Assembly (NCBI GenBank): GCA_022561385.1
Contig: JADFRG010000010.1
Location: 13,135 to 77,134, forward strand
Direction: 5' to 3'
DNA length: 64,000 nucleotides
From: Chloroflexota bacterium
GTDB taxonomy: Bacteria; Chloroflexota; Anaerolineae; Anaerolineales; E44-bin32
Below, piece after piece: positions 8,996 to 19,789 of the stretch. The first letter of the stretch is position 1; the number at the start of each line of letters is the position of its first letter. Both the position numbers and the translations under genes were made by a program. The notes under the pieces were generated by a model that saw only the letters and a program-made list of their open reading frames with translations, did no database searches and was not told the DNA's origin.

Positions 8996-11065
8996 CTAGA
9001 TGCTGGATGTGCTAATGAGATCCACTTGTGACTCCCGCAGTTCATCAAGCGGGATATGGCAGCTAATGAGGTGCCCCTCAACCGCAACCCGCCAGGGGGG
9101 CGTCTCTTCGTCGCAGATAGACCCTACCCGGCGTGGACAGCGTCGCTGGAAACAGCAACCTCGTGCCGGCGGTTCCGCCTCTTGCACGTCCTTGGCGAGT
9201 AGGCGCGCCCGCGCGCCCGGAACAGGCTCCGCCACCGCAGCCAGCAACGTCTCGGTGTAGGGATGGAAGGGCGGCGCATAAATCCGCTCGACTGGCCCTA
9301 CCTCGCACATCCGGCCCTGATACAGTACGACCACTCGATCGGCGATGGCGCGAACAATTGCCAGGTCGTGCGAGATGAAGAGGTAGGACACGCCCCGATC
9401 GGCCTGGAGTCCAGCCAACAGATCCAGGACGGCAGCCTGAACCGAAACATCGAGCGCGGAGGTCACTTCGTCACACAGCACCAATTCCGGCTCAGCGGCA
9501 AAGGCACGCGCGATGGCAACCCGCTGCTTTTCGCCGCCGGATAGTTGGCCAGGATACCATTCCAGATATCGTGGGCTGAGCCGCACCTCTTCTAGCAGCG
9601 AGGCGGAGCGCTCCAAGCGCTGTTCTCGGTCCGTCTTGAAAAAAAGCCGCAGAGGGGCATCGATAATCTGCTTGGTGGTATGGCGCGGGTTGAGTGAAGC
9701 TTCGGGGTGTTGGAAGACCATCTGGATCTTGCGGCGAATCTCAATCGGACGGCGTTCGACTTTGGTTGTGAGATCCTGATCCCCATAGCGAATCCGACCG
9801 GCCCTCGGTGGCAACAATCCGGCGATGGTCCGCACTATGGTTGATTTGCCGGAGCCGCTCTCACCAACGAGGGCCACTGTTTCGCCCCGGTGGATCGTGA
9901 GGGTAAAGTCACTGACCGTCATGGGGGGTTCGGGCACGCCGCGCAGGCGCCGCAGGAACGCGCCCAGACCACGCTTAGCATAGGTGATGTCCACCTCGGT
10001 TAGTTCGATCAGCGGTTCTAGTTCAACGGCCTTCTTGGTGCGAGCCTTCAAGTCTTGCATCTCACCAAAGTCCTCGCTTGCCACGACGCGCTGCCAATGA
10101 TGGCAATGCACCAAATGCGCTATCTTCGCATCCGGATCGATTGGCTCGAGTGTGGGGTCGATGGTCGTACAAGTCTCATCGGCGAAAGTGCAGCGCGGGG
10201 CGAAGGAACAGCCAACCTCGTGTTCGCCGGGGGCCGGCGGCCGACCGTCCATAGCTCGGGGCAGGCCAGCGTACGAGACACGAGGAACTGAAGAGAGCAG
10301 GCCGCGAGTATAAGGGTGCACCGGACGGCCAAAAACCTCTTCGATTGGCCCATCCTCAACGATTTGGCCGGTATACATCACCGCCAGGCGGTCGGACACG
10401 CGGGCAATCGCACCAATGTCGTGGCTGATGTACAGCATCGCCATACCGAAGTGCTCCTGAAGTTCTCGCAGCAAGTCAAGGATATGGGCCTGAGTCGTAA
10501 CGTCGAGGCCGGTCGTCGGCTCGTCAAGCACAAGCAACTCGGGCGCAGCGGCCAAACCCATGGCGATGGCAACCCTTTGCAGTTGACCACCAGAGAGCTC
10601 GTGGGGATACCGACGGGCGAGCTCGGCCACTTGAGGCAAGTGCACCTGGGTCAGCAACTCCAGCAACCGTTCACTCAGCTCAGATCCAGAAAGACCGACA
10701 TGGACCGTCAAGACCTCCGCGATCTGATCGCCCACCCGCATGGTGGGCGTCAGGGATAGACTGGCGCTCTGAGGGACAACGGCCATCCGTTTCCCCCGTA
10801 ATTTCCGCAGTTCGTTTGGCCCCAGGCCAAATATCTCTACTCCGTCGAAGCGCACCGTGCCAGCCATCACCTGGCCGCCAGGTCGGAGGTATCCCATCAG
10901 TGCCATACCAAAAGTGGTCTTGCCACTGCCAGACTCACCCACCAGGCCGAGTGTCTCACCCTCATGCATTTCGAGCGACACATTGCGGATCACTTCCACC
11001 ATGTGGCCCGTTTGGGTGCGGTAACCGGTCGTCAAGCGATCCACCTGGAGTAGTTTTTGGCTCAT
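8996..11065 (-). CDS. ABC transporter ATP-binding protein, fused tandem ATPase (DppD/DppF-OppD/OppF type)
   Basis: 689 aa with two Walker A motifs ([18 protein letters not shown]) and two ABC signatures ([24 protein letters not shown]). Cys-rich oligopeptide/dipeptide-type C-terminal extensions are present. The ATGA overlaps the upstream permease stop. Confidence 0.95.
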   Translation of the reverse strand: MSQKLLQVDRLTTGYRTQTGHMVEVIRNVSLEMHEGETLGLVGESGSGKTTFGMALMGYLRPGGQVMAGTVRFDGVEIFGLGPNELRKLRGKRMAVVPQSASLSLTPTMRVGDQIAEVLTVHVGLSGSELSERLLELLTQVHLPQVAELARRYPHELSGGQLQRVAIAMGLAAAPELLVLDEPTTGLDVTTQAHILDLLRELQEHFGMAMLYISHDIGAIARVSDRLAVMYTGQIVEDGPIEEVFGRPVHPYTRGLLSSVPRVSYAGLPRAMDGRPPAPGEHEVGCSFAPRCTFADETCTTIDPTLEPIDPDAKIAHLVHCHHWQRVVASEDFGEMQDLKARTKKAVELEPLIELTEVDITYAKRGLGAFLRRLRGVPEPPMTVSDFTLTIHRGETVALVGESGSGKSTIVRTIAGLLPPRAGRIRYGDQDLTTKVERRPIEIRRKIQMVFQHPEASLNPRHTTKQIIDAPLRLFFKTDREQRLERSASLLEEVRLSPRYLEWYPGQLSGGEKQRVAIARAFAAEPELVLCDEVTSALDVSVQAAVLDLLAGLQADRGVSYLFISHDLAIVRAIADRVVVLYQGRMCEVGPVERIYAPPFHPYTETLLAAVAEPVPGARARLLAKDVQEAEPPARGCCFQRRCPRRVGSICDEETPPWRVAVEGHLISCHIPLDELRESQVDLISTSSI

Positions 11066-11964
11066 AACGGTGCTTCCTGAGTGCGTTCCAGTCCCATCGC
11101 TTTGGACAAGGCATCCGAGGCCAGGTTGATGCCAATCACCATGCTACTGATGGCAATCACCGGGAAAACCGTCCCCCACGGGGCGATTGCGAGCAGTTCC
11201 GAATTCTCAAAAACCATACGCCCCCAGTCTGGGGTTGGCGGGGAAATCCCAAAGCCGAGGAAGGAAAGCGAAGCGATGGCCAGAAGCATCCAGGACGACC
11301 GCATCGCGAATTCGACCAGCAGCACATCCAGCACGTTAGGCATCAATTCCCGCAGGACGATGGTCCTGCTCCGTTCACCGCGCGCGCGCGCGGCGGTGAT
11401 GAAATCACGGGCTACAATAGCCAGCGTAGCACCCCGGGCAATCCGAACAACCGTCAGGCCGTAGCCGTAACCCAGTGTTAGAACGAGAACGCTGAACCCC
11501 GAACCGAGCGCCAGGATGACCAGCATTATGAGGAGCAAGGAAGGTATGGCCAGCAAGCCATCAATCACTCGCATGACCACTTCATCCACCCTCCCACCGA
11601 GGTACCCGAGCAGGATGCCGAGCAGCCCGCCCCATGTGACCGCTACCACGGCCGCTGTAAATGAAACGAGCAGCGCAACTCGACCGCCATAGAGGACTCG
11701 GCTCAAGTTGTCGCGACCAAACGAATCGGTGCCGAAAAGATGGTCCGCAGAAGGACCTTCCAACCTCACCGAGGGCTCAATGTGGGTTGGAGAATATGGG
11801 GCGATGAGGGGCGCCGTAAAGGCTAGGATCAGATGAACGACCACGATCGTCAGCCCGACCATGCCTTGCCTCGATCGGCGCATGCTGAACCAGGTTCGAC
11901 TTAATCGACTGCGAGGGGCAGGCGCAGTCAAACGTTTATCAAGAGTTAGCGCGACATCCGACAT
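11062..11964 (-). CDS. ABC transporter permease (DppC/OppC family)
   Basis: 300-aa polytopic membrane protein of the binding-protein-dependent transport (BPD) permease type, with the N-terminal extension typical of the OppC family. Confidence 0.9.
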   Translation of the reverse strand: MSDVALTLDKRLTAPAPRSRLSRTWFSMRRSRQGMVGLTIVVVHLILAFTAPLIAPYSPTHIEPSVRLEGPSADHLFGTDSFGRDNLSRVLYGGRVALLVSFTAAVVAVTWGGLLGILLGYLGGRVDEVVMRVIDGLLAIPSLLLIMLVILALGSGFSVLVLTLGYGYGLTVVRIARGATLAIVARDFITAARARGERSRTIVLRELMPNVLDVLLVEFAMRSSWMLLAIASLSFLGFGISPPTPDWGRMVFENSELLAIAPWGTVFPVIAISSMVIGINLASDALSKAMGLERTQEAPL

Positions 11965-11979
11965 GGATCTCGAACCTTC

Positions 11980-12930
11980 CTAGCCTCGCAGGCTTCGCAA
12001 ACGTGGATCGAGCGATGTGGTCAGCAGGTCTGCTACCAGGTTGATCGTGACATACATTACCGCTATAGTAATCGCAATGCCTTGAATCAGCGGTACGTCA
12101 CGGTTCCTGATCGCCGTGACCAGCAGCAGACCCACACCAGGATAGTTGAAGACCGTCTCGATAACCACCACACCCCCAAGAAGCGCGGCCAGCATCAAGG
12201 CTATGGCGTTGATCGTTGGTAGCAGGGCATTTGGCAGCGCGTGACGAAGTACGACTCGGGCACGTGGGATGCCCTTCAAAGTGGCCATTTCAACGTATTC
12301 GCTGGCCAGCACGTCGATCATGGTCGTGCGAACCATGCGAAGGATATAAGCCACCCAGACAATCGTCAGGGTAGCGGCTGGCAAGACGATGTTGGGCAGA
12401 AAATCCACGAACGATGTGTCCGCTCTTACAACTGTGAGCGCGGGAAAGATCTGCAGCGTGATGCTAAGAACAAAAATTAACACGGTGCCGACAACGAATT
12501 CTGGCAAGCTCATCCCAATGAGCGAAATGGTCGAGATGGCGACGTCTGCCCGTCGGCCGCGGGTGAGTCCGGCAATGATACCCAGGGCAAGAGCCAGGGG
12601 TATAGAGACCAGTCCAGCCACTCCACCCAGGAGGAAGGTTTTTTCCAGCCGAGAGGCGATCAAGCCCAAAACTGGCTCTTTTCTGGCCAGGGAGCTGCCG
12701 AGGTCGCCCCGCAAGGCACGCCCGAACCAACTGGCAAAGCGCTCCGTTGCGGGCCGATCGAGGCCCAGCTCGGCTCGCAACCGTTCCAACCTTTGTGGCG
12801 TCGCCTCCCGGCCAAAGTAGGCCGTAGCCCAGTCACCCGGCAGTAGCTCGGTCGTGGCGAAGACCACCACGGCGACGATCGTCAGCGTTACGACCGACAA
12901 TAACAGCCGCCGCACAATGAGTGCTAGCAT
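11980..12930 (-). CDS. ABC transporter permease (DppB/OppB family)
   Basis: 316 aa. The sequence begins MLALIVRRLL... and ends ...DPRLR, as is typical of the OppB family. AAGGTG lies upstream of the ATG. Confidence 0.9.
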   Translation of the reverse strand: MLALIVRRLLLSVVTLTIVAVVVFATTELLPGDWATAYFGREATPQRLERLRAELGLDRPATERFASWFGRALRGDLGSSLARKEPVLGLIASRLEKTFLLGGVAGLVSIPLALALGIIAGLTRGRRADVAISTISLIGMSLPEFVVGTVLIFVLSITLQIFPALTVVRADTSFVDFLPNIVLPAATLTIVWVAYILRMVRTTMIDVLASEYVEMATLKGIPRARVVLRHALPNALLPTINAIALMLAALLGGVVVIETVFNYPGVGLLLVTAIRNRDVPLIQGIAITIAVMYVTINLVADLLTTSLDPRLRSLRG

Positions 12931-13222
12931 AGGTTCAACACCTTACTTTTTGAATCATATCTCAGGGTTCATATCATTTCATATATGAGGTGTTTCATTT
13001 CGGTTGGGGCTCCACACTTCCCAAGTCTATTTAGCCGGTTAGGTGCGCACCCCTACATTTTGCGCGCGCGGAGCGGCTGTACAGGGGGAAAAGACGAACC
13101 GCATGCCCTTCCCCCCCAGATTACTTGGAGGAGAAGGGCATGCAGCGGGGGGACAGGGGGCACGCTAACCAGCCCCCTGAGCGCTTCAGGCGCTCAGCCC
13201 CACAACATCCTCTACTATCCCT

Positions 13223-14839
13223 CTAGTCTAAGTCTAGCACGGTGATCTTCCAAAACCGGTAGGTCCTGAAGTCGGGATTTATTCCCCCGATGTGGGCAGC
13301 CACTACCCGGTTCTCCTGTCTAAAGAACGGGTTGATCGCGCCAGACTCTTCGGTTACCAGTACTTGCGCTCGCTGGTAAAGCTCCACCCGCTTATCAAAG
13401 TCGATCTCGCCACGCGCGTCCACCAGTAGCTGATCAAACTCCTCGTTGCACCAGAAGGACTCGTTATTACGCACATCGCACCGGAAGATCTCGGTCAGCG
13501 CCTGGTCGGCGTGACGCTCGCCCCAGTGTGAACCGACGAAGGGCAGCACCATCCACGTATCGGACCAGTAGCCGTCGGCAGGCACCTGGTTGATCTCAAC
13601 CCTAATCCCGGCCTCGATGGCCTGTTCCTTGTACACGACGGCCATCGGGACGATCCAGGGATTGGCCTCCCCGACACTCAGCACCACATCGATGCCATCC
13701 GGGTAGCCCGCTTCAGCCAGCAGTTCGATGGCCCGCGGGATGTCCTGCTCGCAAGTCATCTCCAGATAATACGGGTCTCCTGGCCAGACTGGATTATCAC
13801 AGGCTACGACCCCGGCTCCGCCTATAACCGCGTCCATCATCGCCTGGCGATCGACGACCAGTTTCATCGCCGTGCGCACACGAATGTCATCGTAGGGAGG
13901 AACAGTGACGTTCATGACGAAGTTTTGCCATTGGCCGGTCGTTAGGTCGTGGACCACCCAATCCTCGGTATCCCGGAACAGCACGAGCTGGTCGGCCCCG
14001 ATCTTTCCTTGGTCCACCCAATCGAGCTGGCCGGCGAGCAGCGCCCGCACCCAGCCACTTGCATCAGAGATGCGCAGGAGCTCGATCCGATCCGCACCCG
14101 GCGTACCCTCCCAGTAATCGGGAAAGGCAGTCAACACCGTTACAGCGTCGAGGTCAAAGGTCTCGAGCATGTAGGGACCGGTGCCGATAGCGGCTGTTTC
14201 AATGTAATCTGGACTATCCGGGTCATCTGCACTGCCGTCCTTAATGACGCGTATACGGTAGTCTGTCAGCATCAGCGGCAAGTCAGAGTGCCCGCTTTTC
14301 AGGTTCAGTATGACGGTGAAGTCGTCTGGCGCCTCAAGCTTATCGCCATCGATGATGTCCAGCCCGGCTGCGACGGGAGAATTGGTCGCCGGATCGATAA
14401 TGTGCCGCAGCGTGTAGAGGATGTCCGCCGAAGTCATGGGCGTGCCGTCATGAAACAATACCCCCTCGCGGACTTTGAAAGTCCACGTCGTGCCCGTTGC
14501 GTCCGATTCCCAGGACTCGAACAAGGCAGGAACCGGCAGCGAGGCATTCTCCTCATCCAGGCGAATCAACTGACTGTAGAGCATCTCAATGGTCGGTGTG
14601 TCACGCGACGCCGACGCGGGATCGAGCGACTCTGCTCCGCCCCAGTCCTCGTTTATGACCATGCGCACTACGCGTGCTTCATCAACCTCAGGCGCAACTT
14701 CGACTTCGACCTCACGAGTGACCTCCACCTCGACGATCGTTTCGATCTCGCGTGCCTCCTGCGGCGAGCAGGCAGCGATCGCCGTCGTAGCGATGATCAT
14801 TAGGCCGATGGCGGCCCAGCTTTTCTTAGCGTAAGTCAT
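13223..14839 (-). CDS. ABC transporter substrate-binding lipoprotein, family 5 (DppA/OppA-like)
   Basis: Family-5 SBP pattern throughout. The start is chosen at ATG 14839 (MTYAKKSWAAIGLMIIATTAIAAC, signal peptide plus lipobox Cys) with AAGGAGAG upstream; the ORF-track start at 14926 is probably too long. Confidence 0.9.
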   Translation of the reverse strand: MTYAKKSWAAIGLMIIATTAIAACSPQEAREIETIVEVEVTREVEVEVAPEVDEARVVRMVINEDWGGAESLDPASASRDTPTIEMLYSQLIRLDEENASLPVPALFESWESDATGTTWTFKVREGVLFHDGTPMTSADILYTLRHIIDPATNSPVAAGLDIIDGDKLEAPDDFTVILNLKSGHSDLPLMLTDYRIRVIKDGSADDPDSPDYIETAAIGTGPYMLETFDLDAVTVLTAFPDYWEGTPGADRIELLRISDASGWVRALLAGQLDWVDQGKIGADQLVLFRDTEDWVVHDLTTGQWQNFVMNVTVPPYDDIRVRTAMKLVVDRQAMMDAVIGGAGVVACDNPVWPGDPYYLEMTCEQDIPRAIELLAEAGYPDGIDVVLSVGEANPWIVPMAVVYKEQAIEAGIRVEINQVPADGYWSDTWMVLPFVGSHWGERHADQALTEIFRCDVRNNESFWCNEEFDQLLVDARGEIDFDKRVELYQRAQVLVTEESGAINPFFRQENRVVAAHIGGINPDFRTYRFWKITVLDLD

Positions 14840-15834
14840 ATCTCTCTCCTTAGTGTCTCCTCGATAAAGTTCTGCGTTTACGGTTATGCCATAACGGTCG
14901 TATGTGGGGCGGTATTCTCCAATCAAACACCTCCTTCCATTCTATAGGGAACGATCGTGGATTTCTAATATTCGATTCATCGACTTCTTGTGTTGTTTGA
15001 TGATTATCCAGCCTCAGGGCTGAGCGTCATGTCCAAAGATGCGCTACGCCTAGGTGCGAAAACCATAAAAAAAAGTATACCTCATAAATATTAAGAGCCA
15101 GACGCCCTTGGCCTGGCGGCGAGATCGGCATCGGCAGCGATCCGCCCTACTTTATAAGTACGCCGGACTCTATGGTCTTGGATCCAGCCTTTTTGGATTC
15201 AGACCTTTCTCTGTAGCCCCTCCACCGTAGATTCCGTTTAAATTACGACTCGGAGGACAGGCTACCCTTGGGCGTTTGCCTGCGATCGGTTGGTGGATCG
15301 GAACTCGGCGTTGGTTATGCGGTGGAAGGCTGGACGCGGAGTTGGCCAGGCGCTACGGGTCCCTATTCGAGGAGCCGAACAAGCCAATTGATGTCCAACT
15401 CGTCGCCCTAGGCATCGAAATCATGATACGGAAGCGCGGAGGGAGTCGCGGAGGGAGTCAATGTACGGTACAGCACATATGGGACGGTTGTTGGCGAGGA
15501 CCTTGATGCCGAAACTATGCTCCGGTCAGGCCCATGCACCGAGTGAGAGGTGCGTTCTAAGAATTCCCTCCAGTCGGCGAGGGAGCCCGACTCGAGTACC
15601 ATCAAGCAGGCTGATGTAGGGAGATTCGCCGGCATACCTGGGAAAGAACCCGCACCTGGCTCGGCCTTCCATCACAAAGGCCGAGAACAGCAGCGCATTA
15701 ACTCTGTGATGGAAACGGCTCTCCGATCTGCTCACCCAACCCAATCGACTCCGAAACCAGGCGGAAGAGAATGGGGATCTTCCGCGGGTCCCGCTAGTAT
15801 AATCTTGGCCTCACGTATGCCTAATTCACACCCG

Positions 15835-15863
15835 TTGGTCACTCTCGTTCTGCCTTGTATACT
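15835..15863 (+). promoter_or_regulatory. Sigma-70-like promoter candidate for the alpha-glucosidase gene (TTGGTC-N17-TATACT)
   Basis: Hexamers read directly at 15835-15840 and 15858-15863, about 70 nt upstream of ATG 15934. Confidence 0.4.
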
Positions 15864-15933
15864 GCGTGGGAAAGAGATCGTGTCGATCCGCCTCGAGGCC
15901 GATCGATCCGATTGAAGAGCCCTTGAATGCACT

Positions 15934-17538
15934 ATGAACAGCTCCTGGCGAGATGAATCCGCATGGTGGCAGCGAGGCGCCATCTATCAAATCTACCCGC
16001 GCAGCTTCAAGGACAGCCGGGGCGACGGAATCGGCGACCTGCCTGGGATTGCTTCCAAATTGGACTACCTCGCATGGTTAGGCGTGGGCGCGGTCTGGAT
16101 TTCCCCTTTTTACCCCTCGCCTATGGTGGATTTTGGCTACGACGTTACGGGCTATCTCGATGTGGATCCGATTTTCGGCACACTGGATGACTTTGATGAG
16201 CTTCTGACTCGTGCTCACGGCCTGGGCCTGAAAGTCATCCTGGACTTTGTGCCTAATCACACCTCCGACCAACACCCCTGGTTTCAGGAATCACGGTCTT
16301 CCCATACCAACCCCAAGTCTGACTGGTACATCTGGCGCGACGCCCGGCGGAATGGCGGGCCCCCTAACAATTGGCTCAGCCATTTTGGTGGCCCTGCATG
16401 GACACTGGATGAGCGTATCTCCAAGTACTATATGCACAGCTTCTTGCCAGAACAGCCTGACCTCAATTGGCGGAATCCGGATGTTCGGGACGCCATGTTG
16501 GACGTGCTGCGCTTCTGGCTAGATCGCGGGGTCGATGGTTTTCGGATGGACGCCATTCAGGCGTTAATCAAGGATGCGCAGTTTCGCGACGATCCTCCGA
16601 ACCCTAACTATAGGAAGGGGGTGGATCAACCCAGGGATTCCCTGCTGCATAGGTACAGTCAAGATCAACCCGAGGCCCATGCACGCATCCGAGACTTCCG
16701 ACGACTGCTCGATACATATGATGACCGGGTCAGCATCGGGGAGGTTTCATACAGCCTGTCCCTGAATGATCTAGTGGCCTATTATGGCCGTGACGACGGA
16801 CTAAACCTTCCTGCAAATTTCAAGCTGATCACCCTCCCCTGGCAGGCTACTGCCATTCACGAGTATGTGGACAGGTATGAGCGGGCATTGCCCTCCTTTG
16901 CCTGGCCGAACTATGTGCTAGGGAATCACGACCGAGCGCGCGTCGCCAGCCGGATCGGCTCCGGTCAAGCGAGAGTAGCTGCCATGCTTCTCCTGACTCT
17001 GCGTGGCACACCCTTTATCTACTATGGCGAAGAGATCGGCATGCGGGATGTGGAGCTTTCAGTCCATCAGTTGCAAGATCCACATGGAATCCGTGTCCCC
17101 GGCCAAGGACGGGATCAAGCACGCAGTCCGATGCAATGGAGTGCCGAGCCGCATGCTGGCTTTTCGGAGTCCGAGCCTTGGTTGCCAGTGGGAGCCAGTT
17201 ATCGGACGATCAACGTGAGTGTCCAGAGAGAGGATTCCAGCTCGATGCTCAACCTCTATCGGCGGCTGCTCGAATATCGCAGGGAAACGCCTGCTCTTAC
17301 TATAGGGAGTTACCGTTCCCTTGACGGCACGCCCGACGACTGTTTCCTTTATTTCCGTGAGTTCGAGGGCCAACGTCTCTTGATCGCGTTAAATTTTTCT
17401 GCGAAGGATCGTACGGTGAGCCTGGAGCACCCAGCAAAGGGCAGAGTCGTCCTTTCCACTTACCTCGACCGCGAAGGCCACATCAATTTGAGCTCCCTGC
17501 GCCTGCGCAGCCACGAGGGGTGTCTTATCGAGCTCTAA
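15934..17538 (+). CDS. GH13 alpha-glucosidase / oligo-1,6-glucosidase-type glycoside hydrolase
   Basis: 534 aa. N-terminus WWQRGAIYQIYPRSF. GH13 conserved regions DFVPNHTSDQH, GVDGFRMDAI, IGEV and LGNHDRARV are present. Confidence 0.9.
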   Translation: MNSSWRDESAWWQRGAIYQIYPRSFKDSRGDGIGDLPGIASKLDYLAWLGVGAVWISPFYPSPMVDFGYDVTGYLDVDPIFGTLDDFDELLTRAHGLGLKVILDFVPNHTSDQHPWFQESRSSHTNPKSDWYIWRDARRNGGPPNNWLSHFGGPAWTLDERISKYYMHSFLPEQPDLNWRNPDVRDAMLDVLRFWLDRGVDGFRMDAIQALIKDAQFRDDPPNPNYRKGVDQPRDSLLHRYSQDQPEAHARIRDFRRLLDTYDDRVSIGEVSYSLSLNDLVAYYGRDDGLNLPANFKLITLPWQATAIHEYVDRYERALPSFAWPNYVLGNHDRARVASRIGSGQARVAAMLLLTLRGTPFIYYGEEIGMRDVELSVHQLQDPHGIRVPGQGRDQARSPMQWSAEPHAGFSESEPWLPVGASYRTINVSVQREDSSSMLNLYRRLLEYRRETPALTIGSYRSLDGTPDDCFLYFREFEGQRLLIALNFSAKDRTVSLEHPAKGRVVLSTYLDREGHINLSSLRLRSHEGCLIEL

Positions 17539-17584
17539 GCGAGAACTTTCTCTCGGCGTCGGCAAGTGGCGATGATCATTTTAG

Positions 17585-18658
17585 TTACCCCCCTTTGTCA
17601 CCCATAAACCTCAATAATTCGCGCAATCCAGAGGCCAACGGCATGGGATCGGTGATACCGAGGTCCTTTTCCATGTGTTTTGTGCTGTAAAGGCGCGAGT
17701 CGCGCGTTCCCGTTGGCCGCGGGACGGCTGAAATTCGATCATAGGTGACGGACCCGGTTTCACGTGCGAGCGCTTGAAGGTGCTCAGTGAGCTCATCTTC
17801 GGTCGTAGGCCTTGGGAAGGCGATGTTGATGACGCGCGGGAGGGAGGGTGCAGCCTCGACAGAAATTGTAGCGTCGAGGGCCTGAATTACGTCATCAATG
17901 TATATGAAACTTACGATTTCGCGTCGACCGAAGTCAACCGTCACACTCTCTCCTCTTACAATGGGACGCAGAAGATTCGGTATCACACGCGATGACAGAT
18001 CCGGCGGCCCGAAGACATCGCTTAGCCGAAGTATGACGCTCTCAGATCGGGGAGGAATCAGCCGCTCACCCAAGAGCTTCGAGAGGGCATACGTGCTTTC
18101 GTCCGGCAGGGGGAAGGCTGACAGGATCTCGTTTGCAGTTTCCCCTAGGTCGGTGACTTTCCCATCAAGCCAGCCGCGAACAGCTTCATCCAGACGTTGC
18201 TTCACTAAGCCCAGCCAGTCTTGAGCCTCCTGGCGACCGGGAAGCGGCTCCTGCTCGCTAAATATTCCCCTCTTGCGCTTGCTGAGCTCATAAACCGAAA
18301 CGCTCGAAACAAAGATGAAGCGTTTGCGTTCTTGGAGCGTGAGTCCAGCGATGGCGGCCGTCGCGAGGGTATTCACGTAGATGAACAGGTCTGCTTCTCT
18401 GGCATCTTGCTGGGGAGAGCGCGGACTTCGTCCCGCGAGGTGAATGATGACCTCGCTCCTGGCCACCAGATCCCGCAGGGCGTTCGCGTCGAGAATATCC
18501 GCGTGTATGAATTGTACGCCGTCCATCGGGGGTGGCTGTTTGCTCCGCACCAGGGCGCAAACACTGAAGCCTCTTATTCCAGTTAGGTGTTTGAGCAGCG
18601 GCTGGCCGATCGCGCCCGTGGTGCCGGTCAACCCGATGGTTCGCACTGTGCTGTTCAT
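17585..18658 (-). CDS. NAD-dependent epimerase/dehydratase (extended SDR) family protein
   Basis: 357 aa with an N-terminal GLTGTTGAIG Rossmann motif. AGGAAAGG lies upstream, immediately after the stop of the upstream oxidoreductase gene. Confidence 0.8.
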   Translation of the reverse strand: MNSTVRTIGLTGTTGAIGQPLLKHLTGIRGFSVCALVRSKQPPPMDGVQFIHADILDANALRDLVARSEVIIHLAGRSPRSPQQDAREADLFIYVNTLATAAIAGLTLQERKRFIFVSSVSVYELSKRKRGIFSEQEPLPGRQEAQDWLGLVKQRLDEAVRGWLDGKVTDLGETANEILSAFPLPDESTYALSKLLGERLIPPRSESVILRLSDVFGPPDLSSRVIPNLLRPIVRGESVTVDFGRREIVSFIYIDDVIQALDATISVEAAPSLPRVINIAFPRPTTEDELTEHLQALARETGSVTYDRISAVPRPTGTRDSRLYSTKHMEKDLGITDPMPLASGLRELLRFMGDKGG

Positions 18659-18664
18659 CCTTTC

Positions 18665-19789
18665 CTAGTGATCTTCGGGGTTATAAGCAAACCGGCCGCC
18701 AATCTCGATGGCATGTCCTGCATCCCGCGATCGCTCTGCGGCCTCGATGATTTCGACGACGTGGGCGGCGCGCCAGGGATCTGCACCCGGCGATCGCCGA
18801 TTCCTCACCGAATCAACGAAGTCCATCAAATCCCTCGCAACGTGTGCTTCTTCAAGGCGATCGTGGTCTTGGGAAAGCCCTGTTCCAAATAGAGTCTCCT
18901 TGGGCTCCGCCTCACTGGCTCGATGGAGGATCAACTGATAGCTCGACGGGTCCTCCGGAAGGCGACGAACTTCAATGGTCCCCTCAGATCCAGAGAGGCT
19001 GATGAGTCCCCAGCTAAGGATTATCGGATTGACCGAATAAGTGGCCGCGATTGTTGCCAACTGGTTCTCCCCTAGCTGTAGAAGCACGGCTTCATTGTCG
19101 GGGACCTGCACCGTGATCTTTTTCCCCTTCCATTCTCGATGCGGCATTGGTGCAGTGCCTAAGGAAATGGCCTTTTCCGCGGCTCCGAGGATACCCGTAA
19201 TTGCGTGCAGCGAGTACACCCCCATGTCGCGTAGCGGCCCACCGCCAGGCTTGTAATACCAGCTAGGATCTAGCCCACTTTCAGCATGCGAACGTAGGGT
19301 TTCGTGTTCATGCCCAAGGGCCATGTTGACACCGAATGCCATGTAGACTGTGCCTATCGCCCCGTCCTTCACCAATTGACGAGCCTGTTCATAGGCAGGC
19401 AGGAGCATCTGACCCGGGGATGCGGCGAGGATGAGATGCCGCTCCGTTGAGAGTTCAATTATTTCGGCGGCCTCCTGGGCTGTACGCGTCATAGGTTTTT
19501 GGACGTACACGTGCCGCTGGTATGAGAGCGCGAGCTTAGCCTGTTCGTAATGGTAGGCCATCGGCGTTGCGATGACCACTGCCTCCGCGTCGGATTCCTT
19601 GAGGAGTTCGTTGAAATCCCCATAGGTCTGTCGGACATCGAATTGCAGGGCGATGTGCCGTAGCCGGTCCTCGGAGGTATCGCTGAGCGCGACTACTTTA
19701 ACAAGGTCCGTTTCAAGCTCGAGGTGCGGCAGCAAGCCCCGTTCCGTAATGCTGCCGCAACCGACGATCGCAAGACGTAGTGGAGGCAT
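18665..19789 (-). CDS. Gfo/Idh/MocA-family oxidoreductase
   Basis: 374 aa with a LAIVGCGSITERG Rossmann motif and a QKPM motif. Probably co-transcribed with the SDR gene (6-nt gap). Confidence 0.85.
   Translation of the reverse strand: MPPLRLAIVGCGSITERGLLPHLELETDLVKVVALSDTSEDRLRHIALQFDVRQTYGDFNELLKESDAEAVVIATPMAYHYEQAKLALSYQRHVYVQKPMTRTAQEAAEIIELSTERHLILAASPGQMLLPAYEQARQLVKDGAIGTVYMAFGVNMALGHEHETLRSHAESGLDPSWYYKPGGGPLRDMGVYSLHAITGILGAAEKAISLGTAPMPHREWKGKKITVQVPDNEAVLLQLGENQLATIAATYSVNPIILSWGLISLSGSEGTIEVRRLPEDPSSYQLILHRASEAEPKETLFGTGLSQDHDRLEEAHVARDLMDFVDSVRNRRSPGADPWRAAHVVEIIEAAERSRDAGHAIEIGGRFAYNPEDH

Noticed and set aside
15435-15458. Perfect 12-nt tandem duplication (cgcggagggagt x2) as a CRISPR-like or minisatellite array.
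   Set aside because: There are only two units, with no spacer structure and no further copies seen in the window.
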